Source: a virus
Virus record (IMG/VR): IMGVR_UViG_3300026488_000025
Coordinates: 15,664 to 79,663 of that record
DNA: 64,000 nucleotides
Reading direction: 5' to 3' (one strand)
This document shows positions 48,901 to 57,860 of the stretch, piece by piece; positions within the stretch are counted from its first letter, which is position 1, and each line of letters begins with the position of its first letter. The notes beneath the pieces are model-generated. The model was not told where the DNA came from and did not search any database. It was given only the letters and a program-made list of their open reading frames with translations. The position numbers and the translations under genes were made by a program.

Positions 48901-49316
48901 TTAGTTGTACTAATTTGAGTGCTTTCACCTAGGACTAAAAGATTTCCAGTAACCATAACATCTTGCTTGAAAGAGGCATTTTCTAAAACTTCCAGTTCGC
49001 CTTGTACTAAAAGGTCTCCAGTAAAATCAATATTCCCAAGAACCTTAAGGCTTTCTGAAATCGTTACTAAACCCGTTTGGCTATTTACTGTAAAAACATC
49101 TGCCGAACCATCAGTATTTTGTACCACAAGATTACCACCTTTAGTAGTAATAGTACCATCTTCTGCTATTTGCGTATGGTCATTAACATCTAATGCATTT
49201 ACTCTATAATCTAGTTCTTCATCTAATTTCGCTGGCGTAACCTGGTCATCACCTATTTTTTCAGTTGGTATCGATTGGTCTAATAACCATTTACTTGCGT
49301 CAATTCTAGTTGCCAT
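42924..49316 (-). CDS. Very long fibre protein (2130 aa) with coiled-coil repeats
   Basis: Dozens of 18-aa E..RA..AE..LQ.N(I/L)D repeats punctuated by EKARIDSILS.S.ADLDSF.E.V.LIN.VD units. Confidence 0.75.
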   Translation of the reverse strand: MATRIDASKWLLDQSIPTEKIGDDQVTPAKLDEELDYRVNALDVNDHTQIAEDGTITTKGGNLVVQNTDGSADVFTVNSQTGLVTISESLKVLGNIDFTGDLLVQGELEVLENASFKQDVMVTGNLLVLGESTQISTTNMEIEDKNIVLHKGGDSFTIDGSGITVESTDSANGSIIYDTAASSKWRIGNEGDEDVVVTENDVQSLTFKTITDSSNRIDSMVVTYDTAKSSGNRLTGDKVQDAIDELEGKQRALEIDSKDRDDVLQDNINNEESRATSAEIVLQDNLDNEESRAIAAETLLQDNLDVEESRAITAETLLQDNIDVEESRAITAETLLQDNIDTEESRAITAETVLDDKLSVYKTLNDQRSTNIETSVSREIADRITEDGILQAELDTEKARIDAILLSSTADADTFKEVVDIINSVDVTNDDTFNSYVLSNNTRSTQIEADLTSEGVTRLAEDSQLQANLDTETNSRISADNTLQSNLDSEANTRTVNDNALQANIDVEESNRISADNTLQTNLDTESLRATNTEGVLLDLTTDRKENLVASINEVESNHNNYVQDNNTRSTGIESSITAENNTRLAADNLLQSNIDSEEARAKSVEGDLSNLDTLEKSTLTGAVNDVNATILDYKSTNDTRSSAIEATVSLETQQRTQEDTNISTALATEKSRIDDILSGSSADLNSFTEMVALVNSVDTVNDQALAGYVLNNDNRSAGIEANLVTESSDRLANDIIIQANVDSVQSNLDTVSANANSQDIVLQSNIDTVQSNLDTEAIQRNADDTMLQANIDTEESRAKSVEGSLLTLATNDKTSLVLAINEVEGNHNSYVNSNDIKISQVEADLSAEIGVREVNDNTLQASIDSEVTSRISEDTILQDNIDIETSRASTAESILRDDLDSEISRAIATDTIMQTNYDVLETDVNASIHIMEDSIATELDVRAAADIQLQTNIDTVEAGRTAVDVQLQANIDAETATRLSNDNTLQANIDAETATRLSNDNTLQTNLDTETTRATDAEILLTDNLVSEVSRAETAETTLANDLIAETTRATASELSIQTNLDAESATRLSDDTTLQNNLDVEKARIDSILSASTADLDSFKEVVDLINSVDTENDDQFSAYVTSNNARSTTIETDANTETTRATGAETTLTTNLASEVSRATTAEATLQTNIDTLTINVDADIAQVQSNLNTEISRASTKENLIQSNLDSESATRLTNDTTLQSNIDSEESRATSAESTLTANLNTEVTRATDAETLIQSNLDSESATRLANDDILTNDLSSEVSRATSKENLIQSNLDSESATRLANDNVIQANLDAEGVTRETNDTTLQSNLDIEKARIDSILSGASADLDSFTEIVNLINTVDQSNDDAFAAYVTSNDQRSTTIEGSVTAEYNRAVSAESDLNTDIVTESTTRLANDNALQNNLDTETTRATTKENLIQSNLDSESATRLANDTTLSNNLVNEVQRATTAENTLGTNLNAETVRATTEENTLNNNLNAEVTRATSSEATLQSNIDSLSNSTDASIAQVQGNLDSESATRLANDNILTNDLSSEVSRATSKENNIESNLNTEVSRATVAESVLANNLTTEATTRNDSDIILQANIDIEKARISSLETEVAQQAIVDVTLQTNIDTETARIDSILSGSSADKDSFQEIVDLINTVDQTNDDAFASYVISNNTRSNTIESDLAQEIATRGTTDNTLQASIDSEITSRATADTILQGNIDSEESTRQSADTNLQNNISAETSARTASDATLTNDLASEVVRAQSAESTLQAGINTTNATVTIISSDLSNEVSRAMTAESTLSANLSSETTRATNKENIIQNSLNTEVSNRVTADNTLQANINAEANTRATEDNNLQSNIDSLENDFVNYGIVLNGSVSDEAAIRNSNDNILQSNINAEASSRATEDTNLWVAVNNEANTRATDVSSLQTDIAIEHDKNVQQDAAIAALTVLPSVIGKATNRLATDGNTYYWEQDDGSGFAQGQAVEPYFYDSVRGKYLSHRVYDVIMYKNGTDKRDTYMNCTPQISTSSIPKLIDEDMCLTGWNLQTSSNENARNDVIFLRDGASNNVLGIDITNSGTRVTINTTENMNFNAGFELKARIMGERLSNATLTLKFRKIIQP

Positions 49317-49345
49317 TAATATTCTCCCGTATTGTATTATTTAAA

Positions 49346-51322
49346 CTATTTATACTTGTAATGAAAAGTAATAGTTTGACCTTCAGTAGGTATTTGGTAC
49401 ATAATAACTGCTAAATGTTCTTTATCTAAATTATAATCTTCGCCTTCAGTTAATCTCATACCTGCATTATAAACTGCTAGTCCTTCGAATGTATCAAAAT
49501 CCACATAGAAAATGTTTTTCTCACCATCACCTAGCATTAGTTGAACATAACTAGTGTACTCTGATGCTAAGACTGATAATTCCACAAATCTCTTATAAGC
49601 TACTTTTATAATAGACCCATCGTATGATTCTGTAGCAAGTTTGATTGTAGGTGGGTTAGCTGGTTTAAGATACACTTTTTCTACAACATCATCATTTGCA
49701 CAAGGAGAATCTACACTAAAACCATTACATTCTATCGTGTAATCTGAATTCTCTCTTTGGAATAAACCACCATCATAAACTTGAATATTTACTACATCAC
49801 CATATTTTAATGTAAATTCTGTATTTACACCATCACTAATGAAAACTTCTTGCTCAGCTCTGTATTCGGAATCTACTATTATAAAACAATATCTAATAGT
49901 AAAATACTCACCATCTAAAGGCATTGTAAGAAATATTATTGTATCGTTTTCTATAATATAATCATTACCATATTCTAATAAGAAACCTGAACCATATATT
50001 TCAACATCGAAAATTTCTTTGTGGTCTAATGCCAAAAAGTTAGTCGCACCATCACCATTCCAATTAATGCTAAGACATTTGATTAACTGCTTACTACCAG
50101 TCCCACCTGCTCCTACCCCAGCACCAGCACTTCCACCAGTCCCACCGTCATCAGTACCCAAAGACCAGTCTAAGGTTCTTCTAAGGTCTACACTAAACAT
50201 CATAAAGAAATCTGATTGATTGTCTTCAGGTTCAATATCTTGTGGATTAATAGTATAAGCATATCTATTATACATAAACAGAACGGGGTCGCCGTGTGCA
50301 TCTGTTTTTGTCACTAATGTCTGATTATAAGGAGCAAAAATAAGTCCTGCATCACCATCATAATCAGATTTAAAACCAACGATTACTGTGTCTTCATCAG
50401 CACCATAATCTTGATAGATTTTTACTGTTCCTATTCTACCTAAATAAATTTCATCTTTATTTGTATTATAATGTGTTAATTGTGGTATCAAAGCATCAGC
50501 GATACCAGGTGAAACGATAGCATATCCTCTATTAGGTTTATGTGTTTTATTACATATATCAGTAATACATCGTGTTATTCTAAATGCTATGTGCTGGAAT
50601 TTTTCAAAAGTGTTACCTTCAATATTTCTTATAACAAGGTCATCGATAGGTCTAGCTACTGTCTTTAAGTAAGCTATAAGCTCTCTATCCATTTCAGCTC
50701 TAATCTGTGAAGCCATCATATCAGAAATCACATTTTCAAAACCTTTATTATGTATTTTCTTTATATCTTGTATAACCTCAAGTGATGTCTTTGCTTTAAT
50801 CTTATTTGTTTTAGCTTCGAGTGAATGTTGGTTAAATTTTAGGTTGATATTATTGTATTTTTCAGTAGATGTATATCCTTCTAGGACTCTTCGTGTGAAA
50901 GCCTTAGATGAGTAAACTGCTTTGATTCTTTTACCATCAATATTTTCAAGAGGAATGAAATCGCTGAACTGGCTTAATAATTTTACAACTATTAATTTTT
51001 CATTCATATATAAGATAGTCCCTTCCCCATTTTTGTTTCCTCTGACTAAATCTCCTACTTCATATCCTTTCCCAGCTAGTTCTTCAACCATTAGTGTTTT
51101 AGTTTCATCATAAAGAGAATCTTCTGCACCAGTCAAATATGATTCAATACTATTCACTATTCCCGTAGGTTTTTCTAAGGGTTGGACATTACTGATATGG
51201 TAAAAAAGTGTGTTAGGGTAAGTTTCGTGCGTGATAGGTTTTAGAATTGATTCAACATCTGCTAAATTATTTTCTTGTAGTGAGTTGTATTCTATGATTG
51301 CTTTGAAGTCTTCTATTTTCAT
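49346..51322 (-). CDS. gp23/gp24-like capsid protein fused to C-terminal beta-rich repeats
   Basis: VQPLEKPTG, E.DRE.I, IVSP, DAGLIFAPY, RYAY..NP; Gly linker; three (G/S)DG..N.F repeats. Confidence 0.7.
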   Translation of the reverse strand: MKIEDFKAIIEYNSLQENNLADVESILKPITHETYPNTLFYHISNVQPLEKPTGIVNSIESYLTGAEDSLYDETKTLMVEELAGKGYEVGDLVRGNKNGEGTILYMNEKLIVVKLLSQFSDFIPLENIDGKRIKAVYSSKAFTRRVLEGYTSTEKYNNINLKFNQHSLEAKTNKIKAKTSLEVIQDIKKIHNKGFENVISDMMASQIRAEMDRELIAYLKTVARPIDDLVIRNIEGNTFEKFQHIAFRITRCITDICNKTHKPNRGYAIVSPGIADALIPQLTHYNTNKDEIYLGRIGTVKIYQDYGADEDTVIVGFKSDYDGDAGLIFAPYNQTLVTKTDAHGDPVLFMYNRYAYTINPQDIEPEDNQSDFFMMFSVDLRRTLDWSLGTDDGGTGGSAGAGVGAGGTGSKQLIKCLSINWNGDGATNFLALDHKEIFDVEIYGSGFLLEYGNDYIIENDTIIFLTMPLDGEYFTIRYCFIIVDSEYRAEQEVFISDGVNTEFTLKYGDVVNIQVYDGGLFQRENSDYTIECNGFSVDSPCANDDVVEKVYLKPANPPTIKLATESYDGSIIKVAYKRFVELSVLASEYTSYVQLMLGDGEKNIFYVDFDTFEGLAVYNAGMRLTEGEDYNLDKEHLAVIMYQIPTEGQTITFHYKYK

Positions 51323-51528
51323 TGATAATACCTTTTAGTATTATTTATAAAAGAATTTGGTAATTTGTACCATTTTAGTGTTTAATTCTATTAAAACCTT
51401 TTATAATAAGAGTATAAAGACAAACAAAGGAGATAGAATGTTAAGATTTATAGGAAAAGTAGTTTTAAAAGTTTCAGAAGTATTGTTACCGTATGAGATA
51501 GGTGTATTTGTTCCTCTTATAGAGGAGA

Positions 51529-51855
51529 TTATAAAAGTAGGTGAGGCATATTTTCTTTCACAAGATAAAAAGAAGGACGAGGAATAAAAATCTCGTAATC
51601 AAATATATATGCTTCATCCATTTCAAAAGTTTTAGTATTAGAAAAGAATTGGAAAATTAATTCTTTTCCTTCAAGTAGTGCTCTGACGCCTTCATCTATA
51701 TAATTATAATCTGACCATTCATAATCATCATCATCATATCCGTATTCATATTCTTCATTAGAATTATATAGCTCATTATCGCAAGTAATCATAAATGGAG
51801 AAAGTTTTTGGATATGTTTTGTGTTTAAGAATAAATTGTCTGTTTTGAAATTCAT
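51529..51855 (-). CDS. Small protein with C-terminal MPHLLL tag
   Basis: Shared C-terminus. Confidence 0.55.
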   Translation of the reverse strand: MNFKTDNLFLNTKHIQKLSPFMITCDNELYNSNEEYEYGYDDDDYEWSDYNYIDEGVRALLEGKELIFQFFSNTKTFEMDEAYIFDYEIFIPRPSFYLVKENMPHLLL

Positions 51856-51868
51856 GCGAGTTCCTGAG

Positions 51869-51945
51869 TGGTACCCCCATCTGGACTCGAACCAGAAGTA
51901 TCATCCTTAGAAGGGATGTGCATTATCCAATTATGCTATGGAGGC
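51869..51945 (-). tRNA. tRNA-Arg(UCU)
   Basis: Cloverleaf; anticodon loop CTTCTAA; CCA. Confidence 0.9.
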
Positions 51946-51954
51946 AAATAAGTT

Positions 51955-52062
51955 AGAGATAAAAACGAAAAAGATGTAATTGGTCACCAGACTTCAATAG
52001 CCCGAATCGAACGGGCACTTCGTTTTCCAAATAAGCGATGTAATCTTTTTCTATAATTCTCT
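51955..52062 (-). ncRNA. Y-RNA-like ncRNA copy D with tRNA-like D and T arms
   Basis: AGAGA-ATTATA-GAAAAAGA-TTACATC ... TCTTTTTC-GTTTTTA-TCTCT; internal GCCCG-TTCGATT-CGGGC T-arm. Confidence 0.7.
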
Positions 52063-52098
52063 TAATTAATACTACTTTAATAATATCAATTAAAAGAA

Positions 52099-52174
52099 TG
52101 GTGCCGGTTAGAAGATTTGAACTCCTGGCCTATTGTTTACAAGACAATTGCTCTACCATCTGAGCTAAACCGGC
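52099..52174 (-). tRNA. tRNA-Thr(UGU)
   Basis: Loop CTTGTAA; CCA. Confidence 0.9.
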
Positions 52175-52231
52175 ATATTGAAATGGGCTTAATGAGTAAG
52201 ATATAGTTCTCTCTGCCATAATAGTGCTCAG

Positions 52232-52306
52232 AAGCGGGGGTTGGATTCGAACCAACGACCTCAAGGTTATGAGCCTTACGAGCTACCGGACTGCTACTAC
52301 CCCGCA
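52232..52306 (-). tRNA. tRNA-Met(CAU), initiator-like, no encoded CCA
   Basis: Loop CTCATAA; 1-72 mismatch; GCGGGG acceptor. Confidence 0.8.
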
Positions 52307-52334
52307 TCTCAACACTATATATGTTATTTATAAA

Positions 52335-52410
52335 TGGTTGCGGGAGAAGGATTTGAACCTACATCGTTTCGGCTTATGAGACCGATGAGTTACCAGTACT
52401 CTATCCCGCA
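52335..52410 (-). tRNA. tRNA-Met(CAU), initiator-like
   Basis: Loop CTCATAA; CCCGCAACCA 3' end. Confidence 0.85.
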
Positions 52411-53115
52411 ATATTTTTTGAATTTCTCAGTTTTCTCGACTGGTCAGCGTTACTTAAAGATACTGACTTACCCTACGATTGTTTATGATATAATTCTAAC
52501 CTTTAACAGTACAAAGCGTTAAGTTTCAGATATCCGAAGACCTTGTTCATAACGCTTTGTACTATTAAAAATACAAAAAAGTAATCTGTTATTGATTAAC
52601 CACGATACCTTATTCTTAATACTTCCTTAACGAATCGGAGATAAGGGTAACAAGTTTTTTACTCAAGGTTCAATAACTGTATTATCATTGCGACTCTTCA
52701 TCGACTAAATATTTCTACACTTCTCGTTTGTGCTTCAAATACATTGATTACTTTTTATGTCTTTCTTCTTTTGTAGTAACATTATAACATAGTGTTACTT
52801 AATTTTTGTTTAATAAATTGTGCTACATAAAGGTTTCGACCCTTTCAAATTCTCATAGAAATGTAACATATTGTTTACAATCAAATTTACTGGCACATTG
52901 TCAAGAGGTGTAAATAGATTATATTTTCAAGGACTGTCTAATCCTCTGCTCTATTGTATCAAATGTACGAGGAGAGTATCCACTTATAACCGTGACAAAG
53001 GCTACTAACAAAATACCTAGATACAGATATTCTTTTAGTAACTTTCTCTTTATATGTAGTATTATAACATACAAAGACTTAAAATATACTGAATTACTAA
53101 AAGAAGAGAAAAGAA

Positions 53116-55245
53116 TTACAGTAAATCGTTCCTCTCTTCTACCATCAGTACAAGCGACTCAAATAATTCTTCAGAACTTTTTTCCATCTTTTGTAGCGTT
53201 TCTTCTATACCAGGGTTGAATTTGTCTTTCATTCGCAAATTTATTGCCTCTTGTGCCTTCTCGTGGACATTTTGGTGGAACTTATTGATACCAGAAAAAT
53301 ATCTTGATTTACCGTACATTGTCTTACCTTCACCCAAGAACCATTTACCAAATCGGCAATCCGTGTGTTTGGACATAGTTTTATTTTCTGCTCCAAGGAT
53401 GGCATCATAAGCGTTTATTTTAAATATAAGATGCTCTATTTTTGTTAGAGAAACGATAATATCCTCAGAAATAACATTATTTCTTGCTGTATTATTGTTA
53501 TTCAGATTGCTTAGAACACTGATACGGTCATTAAGGTCTTCTGATACCGATGAAGCCTCACCAATAGATTTCATCATATTTTCTGTGCTTTCGTTCATTT
53601 CCGATGTATTTTGTTTAACCACATTAATACTAGCTTCTACATTTTTTGTAGCAGTCTGTGTTCTTTCTGCTAGTTTTCTTACCTCATCAGCAACAACAGC
53701 AAATCCTCTACCGTGTTCCCCTGCTCTTGCTGCTTCAATCGCTGCATTAAGTGCTAGTAAATTCGTTTGTTCTGAAATATCTTTAATAAGCTCAATAACG
53801 CTTGATATTTCATTTACTGATTCCTCTAGCTGCTGTGCAGATTCGGCTGTTCCTGTCATACCCTCTGATAATACCTGCAATGTATCTACCATCGTGTCTT
53901 TTGACGCAGTTAAAGAAGTAAAATCGTGTACTGCCTCTGTATTAAAATCATTTATTGTAGAAAGCTTAACCGTACTTTTTGAGAGAGCTTCTTTAATATC
54001 AGAAAGGTTATTAGTAGCTCCACCTGCCATTAAAGAATTTATACTAAGATTTAGTTCATTATCTTTTTGACCTAGTGCTAAATCTTTAGCTCTTTCTCTG
54101 ATTTCTTCATCTGATTTTGTTCTTTGTGTATCGGCTTCATTTAATGATGAGAATAAATTATTTATGCTTTGTTCTATTTCAGAAACCTCATCGGTACCAG
54201 TAACTACAATACTATTATTAAAATTATTAGAATCCTCTAAAATATTTTTCATACCCTCTATTCTAGTGATAAGGTTATTAGCAAATTTGAAACCTAGAAA
54301 AGACATCACTAGAGCAAATATTAGAGCTATTCCCATTTTTGTGAGCATCATCGTTAATAAATGTGATTTTTCTATGGCTGCATCTTTTTGGAGCACTTCA
54401 CCTAGAGTGATTTCTAATTCTCTAAGAGCATCAATCTTTCTCGTTATCGTCCTAAACCATTCACCTGGATTTGAGTCTAATGCAGTACCAGGCCCTCTTG
54501 CTAACAACATATTTCTCGTTCTCTCTACCTTGATATACTCTGGTGATATTTTGATGGAATCGAGAAGCTTTGTAGTCTCTGGTGTAGCTAGAGAACCGAA
54601 TTCTTTCAGGAATTTATTCTGCTCTGACACTAATACCACAAATTTTGAGAATGACTCTGTGCTGAATTGATTTTTTGTTAATGAACCCGTTACAACAGCT
54701 CTTTCTTTTCCTGCTAGTTCTTTTGAAGAGCTTAGATAACCTATCACGCTCATCTTTTTAATCGTTTCTGTATCTTTAGCTATGAATTTCGATAAGTTGA
54801 TAGCATCCAAATAAGTCCTATTCATAGTGCTAAAATATTGGACAACATCTTTCACTTCAATACTAAGGTTGTCTATACTGTTTCTTTTGTATGATATGTT
54901 ACTGTAAGACTGTAATGCTTTAGAGAATATCATCTTGCTGTCTTTATTAGGGAAATCAATATCTTTTACATCGTTGTAAGAAGAATCTACTTTGCTCCTA
55001 ATGTCTCGTATCTCTGACCTAAAATTTTTACCTTTTGAGCCTACGAAACCTGCAGAAGCACCTCTTTCTTGTTGTAGAAAATGTACGAGTTTGTTGATTT
55101 TGTTGTTTTCTGTGATTGTTTTTTCTAGTGTGGATATTGCTGTATAATCTCTGTATTCAGAAAATGTAAGGTAACTAAAACCTAATATAACAATAATTAC
55201 TGGTAGGACGGTGAGGGTTCTAAGTTTTGATGATATGTTTTTCAT
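53116..55245 (-). CDS. Methyl-accepting chemotaxis protein with NIT-like sensor and CZB domain
   Basis: Two TMs; LVH.LQQERG.S and KE.AGKERA (NIT); [37 protein letters not shown]; [15 protein letters not shown] (CZB). Confidence 0.92.
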   Translation of the reverse strand: MKNISSKLRTLTVLPVIIVILGFSYLTFSEYRDYTAISTLEKTITENNKINKLVHFLQQERGASAGFVGSKGKNFRSEIRDIRSKVDSSYNDVKDIDFPNKDSKMIFSKALQSYSNISYKRNSIDNLSIEVKDVVQYFSTMNRTYLDAINLSKFIAKDTETIKKMSVIGYLSSSKELAGKERAVVTGSLTKNQFSTESFSKFVVLVSEQNKFLKEFGSLATPETTKLLDSIKISPEYIKVERTRNMLLARGPGTALDSNPGEWFRTITRKIDALRELEITLGEVLQKDAAIEKSHLLTMMLTKMGIALIFALVMSFLGFKFANNLITRIEGMKNILEDSNNFNNSIVVTGTDEVSEIEQSINNLFSSLNEADTQRTKSDEEIRERAKDLALGQKDNELNLSINSLMAGGATNNLSDIKEALSKSTVKLSTINDFNTEAVHDFTSLTASKDTMVDTLQVLSEGMTGTAESAQQLEESVNEISSVIELIKDISEQTNLLALNAAIEAARAGEHGRGFAVVADEVRKLAERTQTATKNVEASINVVKQNTSEMNESTENMMKSIGEASSVSEDLNDRISVLSNLNNNNTARNNVISEDIIVSLTKIEHLIFKINAYDAILGAENKTMSKHTDCRFGKWFLGEGKTMYGKSRYFSGINKFHQNVHEKAQEAINLRMKDKFNPGIEETLQKMEKSSEELFESLVLMVEERNDLL

Positions 55246-55289
55246 ATTATGCTCTTTCTATTGATTTAACAATATTTATAGAGGCCTTA

Positions 55290-57006
55290 TCTTCATAAGG
55301 GCTTTTTTGAAACATCAGCAATTAAATCTGAATTAAGTTGTTTCTCACTTGGTTTTAGTTTTACTTCCTACTGACTGTTAAAGTAAGAATTTTTCATAAA
55401 ATAATCTATATAAGGTAATGTACACTTCCCTAAGTAAATTAATCTGCATTTTTTCAGCTTAACTAATTCAAAAATTTTACTTCTACGATGCCTCGAAAGA
55501 ACATCCTAAGATGCACTTGTGAAAACATTATAGAGAGTTTACGGACTTTTACCGCAGAAGATTGAACTTAATCAAAATCGTTACCTCGTGCAGACTCTAA
55601 CACACGATATGTTTTCTTATTGTTTTTAGTTGCAACATATTACAACAATAGCGTCCGACTCCACGCATCTTCGGACAAAGTTCTCTATTTTACGACTTAC
55701 CTTTTGTAGAGATAAAAGAGATTAATAAATTTCCAGTCATCGAATCTGGCACCCGTTGAATATACTAAATGCTACAAACATCGAGTAAATAATCAGGTTC
55801 GCCCACGCATTATAAACTTTTATAGATGTTGCCTACTCGGTGAGGATTATCACTACCTCTAGGTTGAATATCTCCAACTAGGTTCCGTTGTTTATTTTTA
55901 GGTCAAATCGTAAAAACCTTTGTTCTTTTTGACATTACATCGTTATCTATATCGGAACTAGACCCGAATCCCTCATCATTACAATGAGTACACTAAGTAT
56001 TTTGTGCTATATAGGTATTTAACATTTTCGATTAAATTAAAGGATTTGCACCTTTCTGTTCAGCCGCTTTTACCACAATTTCCCAGAAGGAATTGAACCC
56101 TCATAGCCACTTACTTGTTACTAAAAAATTTAATCTTCTATTTTTAGGTCTGGTTTCAAGATTCCTCTACACCCAATTACTACACCAATCTAAGGCGTAA
56201 CCCTCAACCCTATCAAGGTCGTTTCACATTATTTCGTTAATAGACACTTGCCAGCGATGCCGATTGTGAAGTCCTAGCCGTGAGGCGAGACAACCCAAGA
56301 CACTATCACTGGATGCCGTTATTAACTCAATAAAACTCTAACCATCCAGACTCCGATAGTTCCGCTACAATAACGGCCGTGGATTCGAACCTTAATAGAG
56401 TTTTATTGAATTAACATTGAATAACTATTATCTGTTCCACTTTATTCAAAAAGTTCAGCTGTGTTTCATCAGGTATTCTCAATTTTTTCAATTCGCAAAA
56501 CCAACTTCTATTTCCTTGTACTTCGGAATTTCTGTTGTTGTTTGATTAAAATATAAACAGTTCTTGAACATCATTTATACTTTCGACTTCTTTGAACTCG
56601 GATACTTCCTCTCTGTTCCTAAACCAAACGAGATTCGAACTCGTAACCTTCTCCGACCGTAGTGGGAAACGCTTTAACCATTTTAGCTTTTGGTGCTTTG
56701 TCTATTAATCAATTCTTACTGTGTATTTTGAGGTAATTAATCTCTAAATACTTTATAAAGATATAATAAATTTGGTAGTTTACATCTAGTCGAAATCCTC
56801 TTTCAAGGTACGAACAAGACAAAATTTATATCTTTATAAAGTACTCTATTAACTCAATAAAACCAACTTCCCAATTTCACTTTAGGAGCCATAACTAAGA
56901 TAGATGATGGTAAGTCATATCCCAAAGTTATGCTTTCTAGGCTACTTTATCGACAGCTATTTGAATCACCACGATTCCCTAGTACTGTTTGGTTTTATTG
57001 AATTAA
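55290..57006 (-). ncRNA. ORF-free island of multiple structured RNA modules, including tRNA-like elements
   Basis: No ORF of 60 aa or more; long bracketing stems; several T-loop hairpins; three tandem early promoters upstream. Confidence 0.55.
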
Positions 57007-57011
57007 CTCTC

Positions 57012-57262
57012 TTTATATGTAATATTATAACATAACCTTACTTAAAGTAAGATTAAATTCGATAAGAAACGCTCACATCTTGAACTTAATCAGATTCACT
57101 CATTTTGAGTAAATGACTCGGACTTACTTTCTTCTCTTATAGTACAATTATAACATAAAGTTACTTAAAAGTAACTGAAGTTTTTGATAAATCATAGAAC
57201 TTATAAAGAGAAAGTCTATATCCTCTTTATATGTAATATTATAACATAAGTAACCTTAGAGG
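57012..57262 (-). promoter_or_regulatory. Three tandem early promoters
   Basis: TATGTTATAAT motifs at about 57022-57035, 57146-57157 and 57237-57248. Confidence 0.7.
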
Positions 57263-57287
57263 CTACTTAACTTAGTAGCTTGTGGTA

Positions 57288-57860
57288 CTATATATTATAG
57301 TGCTCTTTAATTTCTTCAATGCTTTTTATATGCCTATCACCACGGTACTTTATATTACCAGTTTGCTGGATTCCCTCGTTAATGAGTTCTAAACCTTCAT
57401 CTAAATCGATGAATGAAACTATGTTATCATAATCACTAAGAGGAACTAAAGATTTTTTTATTTTGTGTATTAGCCCTTTGGTCCTTGTAGCGTCATAAAC
57501 TCTAGGTAAAACTATTACTGAATTATCATAACACAAAACTAACTCGCTTACCTTTAGTTTATACTTACTGTATTGTGTGCTATCACTATATACAGCCTCA
57601 GAAGAAGCATATACAAACTTTGCATCTATGTCCACACTTAAATACAGCATAGTTTTTGATAGCTCTAAGATGTCATTGTATAAATCCTCTGAATCTTCAG
57701 GTTCTGTTGGGGAGGCTAAATGTAGTATTATATCTATGTCTTTTCTGTGCCTATATAAAGAATAAGGTTTTTTAATCTTTTCAAACTCATATTTATTGCT
57801 ATATTTAGTAATAAAATTCTTACCAAGAAAACCAGTCCAACCAGTTATAAGAATCTTCAT
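57288..57860 (-). CDS. NAD-dependent epimerase/dehydratase
   Basis: ILITGWTGFLG, HLA, YASSEAVY, YSKYK. Confidence 0.8.
   Translation of the reverse strand: MKILITGWTGFLGKNFITKYSNKYEFEKIKKPYSLYRHRKDIDIILHLASPTEPEDSEDLYNDILELSKTMLYLSVDIDAKFVYASSEAVYSDSTQYSKYKLKVSELVLCYDNSVIVLPRVYDATRTKGLIHKIKKSLVPLSDYDNIVSFIDLDEGLELINEGIQQTGNIKYRGDRHIKSIEEIKEHYNI

Noticed and set aside
43054-49209. Many plus-strand ORFs antisense to the fibre gene, and similar ones opposite other genes
   Set aside because: Shadow ORFs from codon bias; no SD or recognisable motifs
42924-49316. CRISPR-like or DGR-like repeats
   Set aside because: The repeats are in-frame protein repeats; no constant repeat-spacer pattern and no reverse transcriptase
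55290-57006. tmRNA, RNase P, hammerhead or known riboswitch
   Set aside because: No diagnostic motifs recognisable by eye; CTGATGA near 56470 lacks the hammerhead stem-GAAA context; an Rfam scan is still needed
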